DNA of 64,000 bases from Lytechinus pictus (Eukaryota). This document shows, piece by piece, positions 26,106 through 39,499 of the stretch (position 1 is the stretch's first letter; the number at the start of each line of letters is the position of its first letter). The notes under the pieces are model-generated. The model made no database searches and was not told the DNA's origin. It worked only from the letters and a program-made list of their open reading frames with translations. The translations under genes were made by a program, and so were the position numbers. The DNA lies in the NCBI RefSeq assembly GCF_037042905.1, contig NC_087251.1, forward strand, positions 5,148,001-5,212,000, in the 5' to 3' direction.

Positions 26106-27832
26106 TACATGTACACCATGCAGCAGACCATGTTACAAGCTTACATTTTCATCTTAGAGAGGATGTTTTAACCTCACTTGTATAGCTTTCAATGTCTTAT
26201 GTAGTTTTGGCCACATTTTAATTAAAAATTTGTTCTAATGATGTTAGTTTGGGTTTAATACTGTTGTGGTTTCTTTTGAATTTTGACAAAGGATGAGTAT
26301 TCACTTTCTTTCACATAACATTGATTATATTAAACTAGTACATTATGTTTCTCTAATTATACATAGAAGTCATTCTAGAAGAAGATGCTAAATTTGATTT
26401 TGATTTCAATGATTTGCTAACTGTGACTGCAGAATTTCTCGAATTGGTAAAATCCTAGGTCGTTGTAATTTTTGTACTTTTGTAAAGGTATGTGCATGTA
26501 TATTCCCTTAATTGTTAAAGAAAATGCTTTCTTCATTTTAAACTACTGGCAGGATGTCTGTTATCACATTACAATAAAGTCTATATATCTTCGAAGCTTG
26601 TGACTTCGAGCGCTTTAATGGCAAAGTACTAAGGAGGTTAGCACTGAAATGCAGGAAACATGCATTGTTATATAATCTTCTTTTTCTTAACTATCCACTG
26701 AGGTATTGATTTGGCTTCCAATATGGTCTTTATTAATTATTACTAAAGTAAAGAATAATTGATAATTATCGTTCACTGGGAGCATTTCGTTCATTATGGT
26801 GCACATTGTACGAGGAGGATTTAATCTCATGGGTTATTAGAAAATACAATTATAGGAAAGTGCAGTTATTTGGATAGAGCATGTGATGATACAAGTCATT
26901 ATGTCTTCCTGGTAGCCGAGGTGTCTGTCTTTTGTTGTCAAGTGGGCAACATTCTTTTCATTATGGTTTATTGATAAAAAGGACTACTGGATGACCTACA
27001 GTTTCATTATTAATTTTTTTCATTATACATGTACTAGAAGCAAAAACACATTCAGACTTTCATGGTCTCCTTGTCTCAGTGGAGAAGTTCATTTTGATTT
27101 TAGTGGTTCTGTTGATTGTGATCTATTATAGGAAAACTAATTAGTTGTTACATTGATCATAATTTATAACATCTTTAGACATTGATAAAAAAACCCACCA
27201 ATGTACATCTGGTGTTAGGGTTTGTTCAGTTCTTTCTTAGTTTTCTTCTGCAGTCTATATAAGGGGACATTTCATATGCATGTGAATCATTTACTCTTAC
27301 TTTATCTTACCATTATCTTCAAAATCAAACAAATTCTTGATTTATGAAATTTGATTATGATGCTTGTTCAAAAATGAAATGTTAGTTTTTACGGGGTGAA
27401 TTTGACTAGAAGTAAAGAAATCCCAAAGTCAAGCTAGTAAGTCTTACCATGTATTTAAAAAGGTACATTATCTTGATTTCCTCTGAACAAGATTTCCAAT
27501 CTTAACACTTTTGTGACCATTGAGTTAGTTGTTTTTACCAATGCAAAATATATTTTGACTTAAGATTTTTTATCGAAAAGAAAGATGGCTTTCTTGTCAA
27601 CATCAAAATAGACCGTGTTATCACTCATGTCCGGAAACTCATCTTCATGGCTGTTTATGGAGGATGTCATTTATGGAGTTGTAATAGTTGATATACAACT
27701 TACTCCAAAATCCTCATCAAATGATTGACTTGGATTAGAAGCATGCAGCTGCTTTCATACATTGGAAAAATAATTTCTTTGCTGTTCCTACTAGGTAATT
27801 GATATGAAGGGGCTTTTAATACTAATTATTTA

Positions 27833-28302
27833 TAGGTGACCTGCCACCCCAAAACCAACAATAAGTCGACCAAAATGGATATTGAGATTTATATTGAGCT
27901 TGAAAAGTCACTTTCTAAGCTTTAAAATGAAATATAATATGTTTAAATTGACCAACAATAACCATTACAAGCGCTTGATTGAAAGCAGAGAAAATTCAGC
28001 AAGAGCTTAAAAAAAATAGAAAAAGTTTTAAGTTCAGGGTTCACTCAAGCATGAGATGTGCATACTGTGTAATCTTGGTGAAACTTCCCAGCAGTCCGAA
28101 AAAGCAGTGTCCAAGAAACTCTAGTATCTTTTCTTTTGAATTCAACTTCACGACTTCAAATTTTCACAGTAAGAAGAATTGCTCTTTCATATGAGTTTTT
28201 TGTTTGTTTTGTTTTTGGTTTTTGGAGACTAAATTACTATTTTGGCTATTTACACAGAAGCTTACCTGGCAACTTATTGGTTTCGGGGTGATAGGTCACA
28301 TA
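27833..28302. mobile_element. MITE with ~35-bp imperfect TIRs
   Basis: TAGGTGACCTGCCACCCCAAAACCA..ATAAGT vs ACTTATTGGTTTCGGGGTGATAGGTCACATA. Confidence 0.8.
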
Positions 28303-28379
28303 TTTCATCTATTCATATTTCTAATCCATCAAATATGATCTAGAAGAGTAATGTGAAACACATGATGGATGTATACATA

Positions 28380-28592
28380 CAGTGGTGCTCAAAAGTTCGT
28401 AAACCCCATCAGAAAATGAGCATACTTAAAGTGTTCTGCCATATTTAATTATGAAGTCAGGTGATAAAATATTACATTCAATAAAGTTTGTTTCTGTGGG
28501 CTCGCCAAACATTGTAGTGTTGTTGTCTACATTCAACACTCAGCATGAAGGAGTGAATTTTCTGGTGGGGTTCACTAACTGGAGCACAACTG
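28380..28592. mobile_element. Tc1/mariner-type MITE
   Basis: TA|CAGTGGTGCTCAAAAGTT..AACCCCATCAGAAA vs TTTCTGGTGGGGTTCACTAACTGGAGCACAACTG|TA. Confidence 0.8.
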
Positions 28593-29532
28593 TATGCACA
28601 TTTGTTATTTACACACTCTATAGTCTGATCTCTTTGAGGCTGTGTTCTATCCATGAGACTCGGCTTAACAGTTTTGAGCAAAACATGCAGTTTTTAACCT
28701 AAACTCAACTCTGCTCAGTAAAGCTGTAAAGCAGATATATCTGTTATGGCACTCAAAGTGCACAGTGAAAATGGACAACTGATACTATACGAAACTTAAA
28801 TACGTAGAAAATTATTTCATCAAAAAATTTCAGACTCAGTTGGAGGTCAAAGTGACAATGCATCATTAATAGAAGACATTCTCAGATGGTCGGCATTTGT
28901 TAGGCCATAATATGCTCATTAGTGCCTTTAATACTACAAATACCAAACATCGGTGGTTCTATGTTATAATTATGCTTTGATGTTGAGTAATATCCTGGGG
29001 GGATTCCACAACTGACTAAATTGTTGGCTCTGACAGTATCTGTGAAATCCTGTGTTTTTATTGGTTGAGATGCACTGGTCTCTAACTGTTACTATGGTAA
29101 CTGCCAGAAAATCATGACTACATGAAATGGTGCAATGTAAACTGAGTGCCATATTTTTTTAGGATAGAAAAGATTTGTTGAGTAAAATTTTTTGCAATAT
29201 CTCTTTTGATCAGTATTATATCAATATCGCAAAATAATTATCGAAGAAAGGGCAAGAGGTACATCAAATTACATTACATTAATTGATGATTTGTTGAGTG
29301 TATCTATGTTGTTTTTCAAGGTCTTTGGAGTTGCCACCTCGAAAATATTTGTTTTTAATTTGTTTGTTTCTAAGTGCAGACTGCCTGTCTAGTTGAATTG
29401 GAAGGTAATTGTCTTCAGAAGAGGCAGATTAATCAATCAAATTTGTTTTGCCCTTTACCAAAGTGTTATGGATGCTGTTAACAAGCTATTTTTGACAGTA
29501 TTTTTAAAACTGAGGTCAGTGTTTGATATTTG

Positions 29533-30686
29533 TTGTCTCGCCCACCAGAGGTGAAGGCGAGACTTAAGGATCCAAATGTCGTCCGTCCGTCACAAACCTA
29601 ATGACACATAACTCCACAACAGTAAGTCGTTTTTTAACCAAACTTGGATGGTAGATGGACTTGGGGGACCTGCATGTTATGCTGCAGTTGGAAGTCACAT
29701 GGTAAGGTCAAAGGTCATTTTCAGGTCAAAGTTAAAGTTTACATGCAAGACTCTCTTATAACACCTAACTCCGCAACCGTAAGTCACTTTTCAACCAAAC
29801 TTAGATGGTAGATGGACTTTAGGGACCTGCATGTTATGCTGCAGTCAGAGGTCACATGGTAAGGTCAAAGGTCATTTTCAGGTCAATGTTAAAGTTTACA
29901 TGCAAGACTCTCTTATGACACCTACATGTAACTCCCCAACCGTAAGTCACTTTTCAACAAAACTTGGATGGTATATGTACTTATTAGGTGACCTGCATTA
30001 TATGCTGCAGTTGGAAGTCACATGGTAAGGTCAAAGGTCATTTTCAGGTCAACATTAAAGTTTACATGCAAGACTCTCTTATGACACCTAACTCCGCAAC
30101 TGTAGGTCACTTTTCAACCAAACTTGGATGGTAGATGGACTTGGGAGACTTGCATGTTATGCTGCAGTTGGAGGTCACATGGTAAGGTCAAAGGTCATTT
30201 TCAGGTCACCGTTAAAGTTTACATGCAACACTCTCTTATGACACCTAACTCTGCAACCGTAAGTCGCTTTTAAACCAAACTTTGATGGTATATGTACTTG
30301 GGGGACCTGCATGTTATGCTGCAGTTGGAGGTCACATGGTTAGGTCAAAGGTCATTTTCAGGTCAATGTTAAAGTTTACATGCAAGACTCTCTTATGACA
30401 CCTACATGTAACTCCCCAACCGTAAGTCACTTTTCAACAAAACTTGGATGGTATATGTACTTATTAGGTGACCTGCATTATATGCTGCAGTCGGAGGTTA
30501 CATGGTAAGGTCAAAGGTCATTTTCAGGTCAACATTAAAGTTTACGTGCAAGGCTTTTATGACAAGTGTTATTCCATCCCAGTCATTTCACAATGAAGTT
30601 TCGATTCTGTTGCGTGCCCTCGCAAATCACAATATTTCTGGTTGTTTTCATAAGTGGGCGAGACACCAAATCGCTTTTGCCTTGTT
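29533..30686 (+). mobile_element. HINE/DINE-like element with six ~157-166 bp core tandem repeats
   Basis: SubTIR GTCTCGCCCAC (29535) / GTGGGCGAGAC (30654); 5' fold-back; GTCC microsatellite; units at ~29602, 29759, 29916, 30082, 30239, 30396. Confidence 0.85.
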
Positions 30687-31802
30687 TACAGGATGTTTAC
30701 CTATTTTCAAATATAGTTTCTGATGTAAGTTTAAAGGAAATGCTTTGTCACATTTTCATCCTAATTATGTTTACAAGTTTCAGGAAGATCCCATTGATTG
30801 CAGTGAAGGTAGTCAGCATACTTTGTTTTCATTTCAATGCTGTTTGGTATCCTGTAAACAAGCTGCCATTAATAATGTTATAGGTCAGCCTTTTGCTTCA
30901 ATTTCATAGTAAGTTGAGGAGAGTAGGGGGTGCTTTGTAGGAGGAGGAGGCTCCAACTAGAGGGGTAAAGTGGAGGGAGTGGTAATAGATGATGAGAAAA
31001 TGAGACCACCCTAATAATCAGGGACTAAACCTGATGAAAACCATTGTTGTTAATACTTATAGAATCTATCTTTTGTGGCTGCGCTGTACAAAGAAAATCA
31101 TACATGGGATGATTTATTTATGCAGTCAACATGTATATATTTAAGTGTACTTTTATTACCCACCAGTTAGTATAGTAAGTCATGACATCTCAACCATTGA
31201 ATTTTAAGAAAGTAGAAAATAGAAAGTAGTACTTAACCTGCGACTTTTATTGAGGTTGTTTCAACGTGTGCCATCCTCCAAGATAAAAATAGAAGATTGT
31301 TAGGCAAATTCTTGTAATTAATATTTCACTTTGATTTCTATTTGTGAGAAATATAGTGGAGGAGTATTTTTACTTTGCCATTTGCAAGGTTTGATCTATT
31401 TTTATTACTAACACCCACTCAGTCTTGTATGGCTTCTTTAGATAAATTTCAAATCATATTAACCTTTTAAATCTTGAATTGATTTTTAATCCATTTGTGC
31501 TACAAGGTGTTTTGTGTATCCCTTTTCGCACCTTAAAAAGTAAACTTGATGACCAACAGTAATTATTTACTTACTGATCATATTAGTTTGCTATCTATAC
31601 TCAACAAAAAGTAAGTCCCCCCTTAATCAAAATGCTGTAACTTTTGAACGGAAAAATGTTGAGAATCAAGATATAATATTTCGCAGGTGGTTTTTTACTC
31701 ATTGATCCACTCCTGTGAAAAAGTGAGATTGCTCAGTTCAGTCATGCATGAGTAATCAAAGATGCATGAAAGATGACAATTTTTTAAAAGTCACATAAGT
31801 CC

Positions 31803-32266
31803 TTTTTATACACCCGTCCTACGGGACGTATTATTTTATCACGCTCGGTGTCCGTCCATCTGTCTGTCCATCTGTCCGTTAAGTTTTCCTTGTAAACGCG
31901 ATAACTTCAGTTGAACTTAACCTAAGCTCATATAATTTGGTGTGTATGATACTAGCATGGATCCCAGGAAGCCTATTGATTTTGAGGTCAAAAGGTCAAA
32001 GATCAAGATCGCAGTTACATGTTTTCGTCTTACCCTTCTGAAGTCCTTGTAAACGTGATAACTTTAGTTCAATTTAACCTAGGCTCATATAAATTATAAT
32101 TTGGTGTGTAGGATACTAGCATGGATCTCAGGAAGCCTATTGATTTTGAGTTCAAAAGGTCAAAGGTAAAGTTGCCACCTTCTACTTTTCTTGCATGGCT
32201 AATAACTCCATTTTCTGCATTACAGGCGGACGTTTTATGTGCTAGTCTTAGCGACACTTTTGTTTT
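31803..32266 (+). mobile_element. HINE/DINE-like element with ~2 core repeats (~157 bp)
   Basis: T-run start, ACACCCGTC..CGGGACG fold-back, GTCC/GTCT microsatellite, CTTGTAAACG.GATAACT at 31889 and 32046, 3' hairpin then T-run. Confidence 0.7.
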
Positions 32267-32278
32267 TGGATTGTGTTA

Positions 32279-32831
32279 TACCCTTTTTACACACGCTAAA
32301 ATTTCCTTAACCCCGTACAATAGGTGGGGCTAAATTGCCATTTAGCCCCACCTATAGTACGGGGTTAAGCTTAGCCCACTTTCTTTTTACACAGCATTTT
32401 TGCAAAGTGGGCTAACCCCACCTTTAGTACGGGATTATTTGGCCCTGCAAAAAAGCAGGGTTATCCCAGCAATTGCGGTGCTAAGAGCGATAGTACGGGG
32501 TTAAAATCGCTAGTGTAAAACGAAAGTGGGCTAAGCTTAACCCCGTACTATAGGTGGGGCTAAATGGCAATTTGGCCCCACCTATAGTACGGGGTTAAGG
32601 AAATTGTAGCGTGTGTAAAAAGGTACGAGTGAAGTACTTGTACTACGAATGATCGACAAAAACCACTAGTCCGGGGTTAGCGAGTTTCGTGTGTGAAAAG
32701 CAAGCATTCCTTATCCGGGGTTAGCAATAACAATTTGGCATGTGTAAAAAGGAAAAAAAATAGTACGGGGTTAAGGATAGTACGGGGTTAGCGATAGTCC
32801 GGGGCTAAGAAAATCCTGTGTAAAAAGGGTA
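32279..32831. mobile_element. Fold-back MITE (PIF/Harbinger-like ends) with many internal TAGTACGGGGTTA repeats
   Basis: TIR TACCCTTTTTACAC / GTGTAAAAAGGGTA; TWA-like flanks; ~100-bp internal inverted block 32285-32395 vs 32510-32625. Confidence 0.85.
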
Positions 32832-32914
32832 TAAGTACAGAGTTGGGTAAAGTTTGTTTTTGGTGAATATTTTGGTGGTTATGCTGTTTTACTATTCATC
32901 ACTTAACTACTCCA

Positions 32915-33277
32915 CATAAAATTTTGATAACATACCAGTATGTTCATGGTTGAGTGAGCACATTTTTTGTGTGTTTGTGACGTATCATCATAAGGGTTTG
33001 TGGTGCCCTCTATAAGTTAAAAAACATGTTAAAATTTGAAGATTTTAGTGGTGCCCTTCTAAAATTTCCTCCCCATTTCACATTGTGGATAAACCACTGA
33101 TATGTCAAAAATTTTGATAACGTATGGTTGAGTGACCACATTTTGTGTGTGTGTGTGACATTTCATCATAAGGGTTTATGGTGCCCTCTATAACTTGTTA
33201 AAAATTTTAACATTTTAGTGCTGCCCCTCCCCAATTTTTTCGCCTCCCCATTTTCACATTGTGGATCAACCACCGAT
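32915..33277. repeat. Diverged tandem duplication of ~180-190 bp
   Basis: AAAATTTTGATAAC..ATGGTTGAGTGA..CATCATAAGGGTTT.TGGTGCCCTCTATAA..TTTCACATTGTGGAT twice. Confidence 0.85.
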
Positions 33278-33504
33278 TTGTCCATAAATTTGACTGATCC
33301 TGATAAATTGTTAGGAAAGAGGGCATATGTACAATATGAAGAGTATTCCTTCTTAACTTTTCAAGTGTGCTCCCTCAACCATGAAAGTTTAAAAAGTATG
33401 GAGTTAGTCTGTGTGGAGATAAAATGATGGATGATAAAAATAACAGCAACTAAGTCACAGTTGAAATAGAATTTGCCTCCAATATTCATTTTTCAACCAC
33501 TTAA

Positions 33505-34836
33505 CCCTAAAATGGCCGGGGGGGTTGATCAACCCCCCCTCAACATTTTCTGCGATCATTCCGCCCCGCAAGATTTTTTAACCGCGCCACTCGCAGAGTT
33601 TGTACTTTTAAGTCTCGCGCATTTTTTTAGACCAAATTTACGACGCCCGGGTATGCGGTTCTGAAATTACGCAACATTTTGTAAGTGCATGTCAGACCAA
33701 AAATTGTTCCAAAACATGATTTTGTGTACAAAGTCAATGCAAATTGAGTTTTCTCATCTTATTCATAAAGATATGATTATTTTTACTTTAAACAGCGGAA
33801 AGCAATTGATTTTAGCATAATTATGCTTCAAAAAGGTTGTGCAATAAATATGGTGAAAAAAACAAAGAAAAACAGAGAAATACATAAGAAATTCATAAAA
33901 CAATAAAATACATAAGAAATTGATTTCCAAACCGAAGTTTTTTTCAATTGCCATTGTTAAAGGAGAATGAAACTCTTGGAGCAAGTTAGCTTTTGTGAAA
34001 GCAGAAAAATAAAAGAATAAGATCAACAAAACTTTGAGTAAAATAGGACTAGCAATAAAAGAGTTATGAGCATTTGAATATCGAGATCACTAATGCTATG
34101 GAGATCCTCCCATTGGCAATGCGACCAAGATCTGTGATGTCACACACGTACAACTCTCCCATTCGGACACTGAAAATATACCCCAAAACATCTCTTTTTG
34201 CTCATTCTAATCATATGACAAACGATTCATCAATGATATAATGTTGTGAAACCTCTGTACTTGTCATCTCATAAATAAAACACATAACCTTGTGATAGAC
34301 TCTATAAAAGTGAGAATATAAGTGAAATAAGTACTAAAGTAATGAGGGAGTTGTACGTGTGTGATATCACAGATCTTGGTCGCATTGCCGATGGGAGGAT
34401 CTACATGGCACTAGTGATCTCAATATTCAAATGCTCATAACTTTCTTATTATTCATTCAATCTTCCTCAAACTTTCAACAATATGTTTTTTTGATTTTTC
34501 TCTTTGATATGGATTCAGCTAGTTTCAAGGGTTTCATTCTCCTTTAAGAATGCTACAAAGAATATTTTTACCAAAAAATTAGCATTCTAGGAGCTTTATT
34601 TAGTGAATTAGAGCAAAAAGTATGATTTATGCATAAATTAGCATAATTAATTCATATAAAATAAAATCTCATTATTTTGGAAAATTTTACCATACAGCCT
34701 TGTAGATTACATTGCACACTACCAGCGTGCAAATTTTTTGCGGCGCTCGCGTGATCGGCGGCCGAGATCTCGGGGGGGGGGGGGGGTCACAGAACATCGG
34801 CCACAGAACAGCCAAAAAAGCCCGGCCTAGTTAGGG
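33505..34836. mobile_element. piggyBac-like non-autonomous element containing a nested MITE
   Basis: TTAA|CCCTAA..GGCCGGG and CCCGGCC..TTAGGG|TTAA. Confidence 0.88.
33961..34543. mobile_element. Kolobok-like TTAA MITE nested in the piggyBac-like element
   Basis: TTAA|AGGAGAATGAAAC ... GTTTCATTCTCCT|TTAA; long internal inverted arms. Confidence 0.9.
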
Positions 34837-35190
34837 TTAAACTGAGTTTGTAATTCTGAAAATGCTGAAAACGATTTTTGTCACTTCTGCCTACAGTTTT
34901 TTTCATAAATCTTTGCACATGTCTTCATAATGACACCATCCTAAATGTGGGCACACCAAAATAATAATTTGAACTCTCTTCTCATTTGCATAATTTTCTA
35001 ATATTGTGTGCTTACTGAACTACTCCATGTAAACTGGCCTTGTTGCCGCTATGGGAATCCTCTCAGTTGGGTAACATGATTCGCGCAAAATTTGAAACCG
35101 CAGCGTAGGCATTCTACTCAAAGTGTGTGGAGTAGCGTGCCCAAAATGTGCAAAGATCGCTTCCCTAAGAACGGTTATGTCCTCACTTAA

Positions 35191-35785
35191 AGGGGAATCC
35201 AACCCAAATAAAAACTTGTTTTTATAAGAAAAAGAAAAATCAGACAAGTTGATAGGTGAAAGTTTGAACAATATTGGACAAGCAACAAGAAAGTTATGAA
35301 TTTTTAAAAGTTGTAAATATTGGTAATCACTATACCCATGGAGACTTCAAATTGGCCGCATATGGGATGTCATAGTGATGTAAGGCAAGGACTACTCTTC
35401 CATGTACTCCAATACATATTATGGCTAAAATGTCATTTTCCCCAAAAGTTTTAATTCAAATTATATTTTTCTTTCATTGGGACATAAAACAATATACTAC
35501 CTGTGTCATATTTAGATTACTGCCCCAGGGGAATGGGTACTTAGGAGAAAACCACAAATCCCTGATAATAAAGTACATGGCCTATGGGAAAGTTGTCCTT
35601 GCCCCTTGTCATAATATACTTACCCAGTTGCCAATTTGAAATCTACGTACTATTAATGATCTCAATTTTAATGCAGCTATAACTTTCTTATTGCTTGTCC
35701 GATTTCTTTCAAACTTTCACCATTCTGTTTAATTTATTTTTCTCCTTCCCAACACAACATTTTATGGCCAAGGCTGGATTCCCCT
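35191..35785. mobile_element. Kolobok-like TTAA MITE
   Basis: TTAA|AGGGGAATCCA ... TGGATTCCCCT|TTAA. Confidence 0.9.
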
Positions 35786-36036
35786 TTAATATACTAAAAG
35801 TAGCTTAACGAGGCTAAGCTATCTTGAAAATAAATCTTGAGTCCAAAATGCATTTGCAAGATTTTTCTCAATTTTGTGTCAAAGAATTTCATTCAAAATT
35901 CTGTTGATTGTATATAAATCATTAATCAGTCAACATAACGTAACAGAATTAGAAACTAAATACCCAATCACATACTTGAAGCCTGCACATTTCCACATTT
36001 AAATTATTGTTTCAGATTCCCTTTGGCAAAACATAA

Positions 36037-36294
36037 GGGCCTTTTCCCACGTAAATCTTGAATCCTCATTGTAATGATGATTGCAATTCGTCTTTAGAAT
36101 CATCAGACTTTTCACACAGAAAATTTGTACCGTAATTTAAGTGAAACTTAACTGGAATTCACCTCCGGAGTAATTTGAATTCGTGATTGTGATTAGCGTT
36201 CATGATTCTAGTTTGGTTTCATTCGTCACTAGCCTAATTTATCACTAGAATTATCATTGAAATCACGATTTGTTTTTACTGTGTGAAAGGGCAG
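36037..36294. mobile_element. PIF/Harbinger-like MITE
   Basis: TAA|GGGCCTTTTCCCAC ... GTGTGAAAGGGCAG|TAA. Confidence 0.6.
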
Positions 36295-36297
36295 TAA

Positions 36298-36415
36298 GTC
36301 ACACTTGGCAATCGTGCATTTGCACTTGCTGCTCCCAACTATGGAATAGCCTGCCAATTGACATAGGAAGCTCTCTATCTCTCACAATCTTCGAAACTAA
36401 ATAAACGACCTTTCA
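36298..36415 (+). pseudogene. L2-like LINE 3' end fragment
   Basis: TLGNRAFALAAP then frameshifted LWNSLP..FET resembles the GxRAF.APxLWNSLP C-terminus of L2-group ORF2. Confidence 0.6.
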
Positions 36416-37138
36416 AAGAAAGTGCTTTGTAGAATTAAGTAGAGTAAAAATAAGCGTAGCTTGATATGAATATTCATATGCACTTTGATAAAATTGATCC
36501 CAGACCAAAAGCATATTAGTGAACCAGTGCCAGTGGGTTGAGATTGATATTAGGCTGAGATGAATAGGATATTGATTTTCGGAACAATGTTAGTGTGACA
36601 ACCCCCCCCCCCCTTGTTATTCCTGCTTTAGAATATGATAAGGCATTAGTCAACTTGAACATTTCATATTTGATATATTATTAGCTACATTGTAACTATG
36701 CTATCTTGGGAAATAGTTTTGGGAATAAAACTACTTCATCTTCTCTAATACTAATATATTATCTTGTGCACCTGCCTTTATGCATGACCCAATTCTTGGA
36801 GGCAGTGGGTGTCATATTCCTTCATATTCCTCATGATAAAATAATTTTTTCAGTGGAAAATATAGTGTGTACATGTATTGGGTCTATCCTCTAATTTGTC
36901 AATTTCTCAAGGTTTATCGTGTGTCACTGTTGAGCATTTATCATATTTGATTATCATGCTATAAATTGAATTCATGAAGTAGTTTTATGCTAATGTAATT
37001 ATTTTGTTTATTCTGTATGGAATTTTCTAAAACTGTTTTAAGTTATTTGAAACAAATATTTTGCGCTTGATTCTTGTTTTTGGTGAATACATATTTTTGT
37101 TTGATATTGGAGAATACTTTTATTGTTTTTTTATGTAG

Positions 37139-37286
37139 GTTCTTAAAATGTTTGTTACAGTATGCAGAGAATCTGACTACCCTGACAAGCATGGATAAAA
37201 ACAAGTGGGAGGAAAGTGCTAAACTCACACAAGACTTCCTTGACCGAGTCCTCAAACATTATAGCAAGATGCTGGAACTCAATTAA
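37139..37286 (+). CDS. ERMARD: Terminal coding exon, ERMARD (C6orf70)-like protein
   Basis: T-rich tract plus AG acceptor at 37137-37138; FLKCLLQYAENLTTLTSMDKNKWEESAKLTQDFLDRVLKHYSKMLELN* resembles the vertebrate ERMARD C-terminus as I recall it (F.K..LQY.ENL...TS..KNKW.E...LT); not verified by search. Confidence 0.65.
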
Positions 37287-38759
37287 AGGTAAAAGACAGT
37301 TGTTGCAGCAAACAATTATTTCATGAGAAAGTCTTTTAAATCAAGGTTAATCGTCAAAATATTATCATACATCTAGATCTAGTACATGTACATTAATGTA
37401 AACTTATCCTTGTGAAATCATGAAATCTTAGCTCAAAACCGATTATTCTGATGATCACTAACACAAAAAAGCATATTTGGGACAGTGTATTAATAGGTGA
37501 GCGGCCAGAAGCCAAAAAGTGGCTTATTTCTTGACTTTAATCCCCCCGGCTGGATCAAAGCAAAATCATACATCAAATTAAAGGAAATTTTCTGAATTTT
37601 TCGGAATTGGGCATTAAAAATGACGTAATGTGTAGCATCACCATGGAAACCAGCCTTGAATAAGCCACGCCCATTTTAAATACTTATTGAATATTCATCG
37701 TGAATATTGATTTATTACTCATTAATTCAAATTATCAGGTTTTTTTATTATTTTTAAAGGATAGATCCACTATATATTGTTAGATGAATTACTGAAAAAC
37801 AACTGAGCATGAATTTTATGAAAATTTTCTCAGAAATTGTTGCCTAGCAACATAACTATCCTTAGCAACCATTTAGCTACTTAAGTAAACCACTTATTTT
37901 TCAATTTCGAAGCTAACTTTTAACTTTTTAACTCGGTTAAATTAAACCAAATAAGTTACACCAATGAAATTCTGTAAAGTATTATTGAAAAATAATAAAA
38001 ATAACTGAAAACCCCCATTTTAACTATTGCGAACCACAAATAAATGTGCTAAGGTCTACCTGACATACCCCTTCACATCGTACAAATCGCCATATTATTG
38101 TTCATTTTGACTACATTGATACACGTACGTACAAGTCACATACTTTATACTATTTTGTGGTGAAAAAGTTGATTGAGTTAATAATACCTGATCAATTAAC
38201 ATGCAGTATCTCGTCTTCAATAGAACAACAACAAAATCAACATTTAATATTACCCATGGATACCAATTAATTGCCTAGCAACGACTATTTATCATAGCAA
38301 CGACTATATTAACGCTCTTCTCTCTGGTCAAATATGTGGAAAAATGGTCCATTATGAGCAATAATACTGATCGACACAACTATCATATAGATGCCTATAA
38401 CCTTGTTTTAAAAAAACATTCAACAAACTGACTATTTTATAGTTTCCACGGAGACAAATGTGTTGCCTAGAAACAGTATTCCCTAGCAACGGCTATGTTA
38501 CCACTCTTCATCTTGGTCAAATGTGCTGAGGAAGTTGTTCCTTAGAGTAAGAATATTGAGCAAATTAACATAATATGATAGCTTGTTAGGCAAACGTCCG
38601 ACAAGTCCTTTCATGAAACGCCCCCCAGGAGTTTACCATTATCTACTGACACAATTCCATTGCCTAGCAACACTATTTACCTTAGCAACTATATATTTTC
38701 ACCTTAAATAAATCTTGAGGAAAATAATCCACTTTTAAGTGTACAGTTCCATTTGTTAA

Positions 38760-39322
38760 TCGGATGGTCCAGGGTGAAAATGTTTCTATCTAAATGAATA
38801 GAGTAAAATTCACAGAGCTAAATGCTGAAAATTTCATCAAAATCAACAAATAACAAAAGTTATTGAATCTTAAAGTTTATTAATATTTTTTTTAAACAGT
38901 TATATGCACATCGTCATGAATATTCATTAGGTGGGTTTATGATGTCACATCCCCACTTTCCTTTTTCTTATGTTATTACATGAAATCATAAATGTTTCAT
39001 TATTTCATACATGCATAAATCATGTGTCTGCATTATGATGAAATAAGTTGTGGCAACTTAATTAGTTGTCAATCCAATTGTTTTAGTTCTTGGTAGAAAT
39101 TTTTTGAATAAACCTAATACAAAAGAACAAGTGGGGATATGACATCATCAGCCCACATAATGAATATTCATAAAGACATGCCTTAAACTGTTTCACCGGA
39201 ATAATGCAAATCTTTAAAATTCAATAACTTTGTTATTTGTTATCCAATTTTGATGAAATTTTCAGCATTTTGCTTTGTGAAATTTGTTGAGATATAAAAT
39301 TTCTCCAGCCTGGACCATCCCT
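38760..39322. mobile_element. Kolobok-like TTAA MITE
   Basis: TTAA|..GGATGGTCCAGG ... CCTGGACCATCCCT|TTAA. Confidence 0.85.
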
Positions 39323-39499
39323 TTAAATAATATACCTACATGCATACTGGCAATGGTAAATTAAAGGACACCACTTCATTTCTCTTTATTCCGAAAAAAA
39401 ATTCATTTATCCTTTTTTGTATATTGCTTGTCTACAAATTCTAAACAGTACGATGAGCATGGTATTTAAACTTTATCATATGAAAAAGAGCAGCTACAA

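Noticed and set aside
31596..31800. Tc1-like terminus TATACTCAACAAAAAGTAAG
   Set aside because: No matching second TIR found, so no element could be delimited
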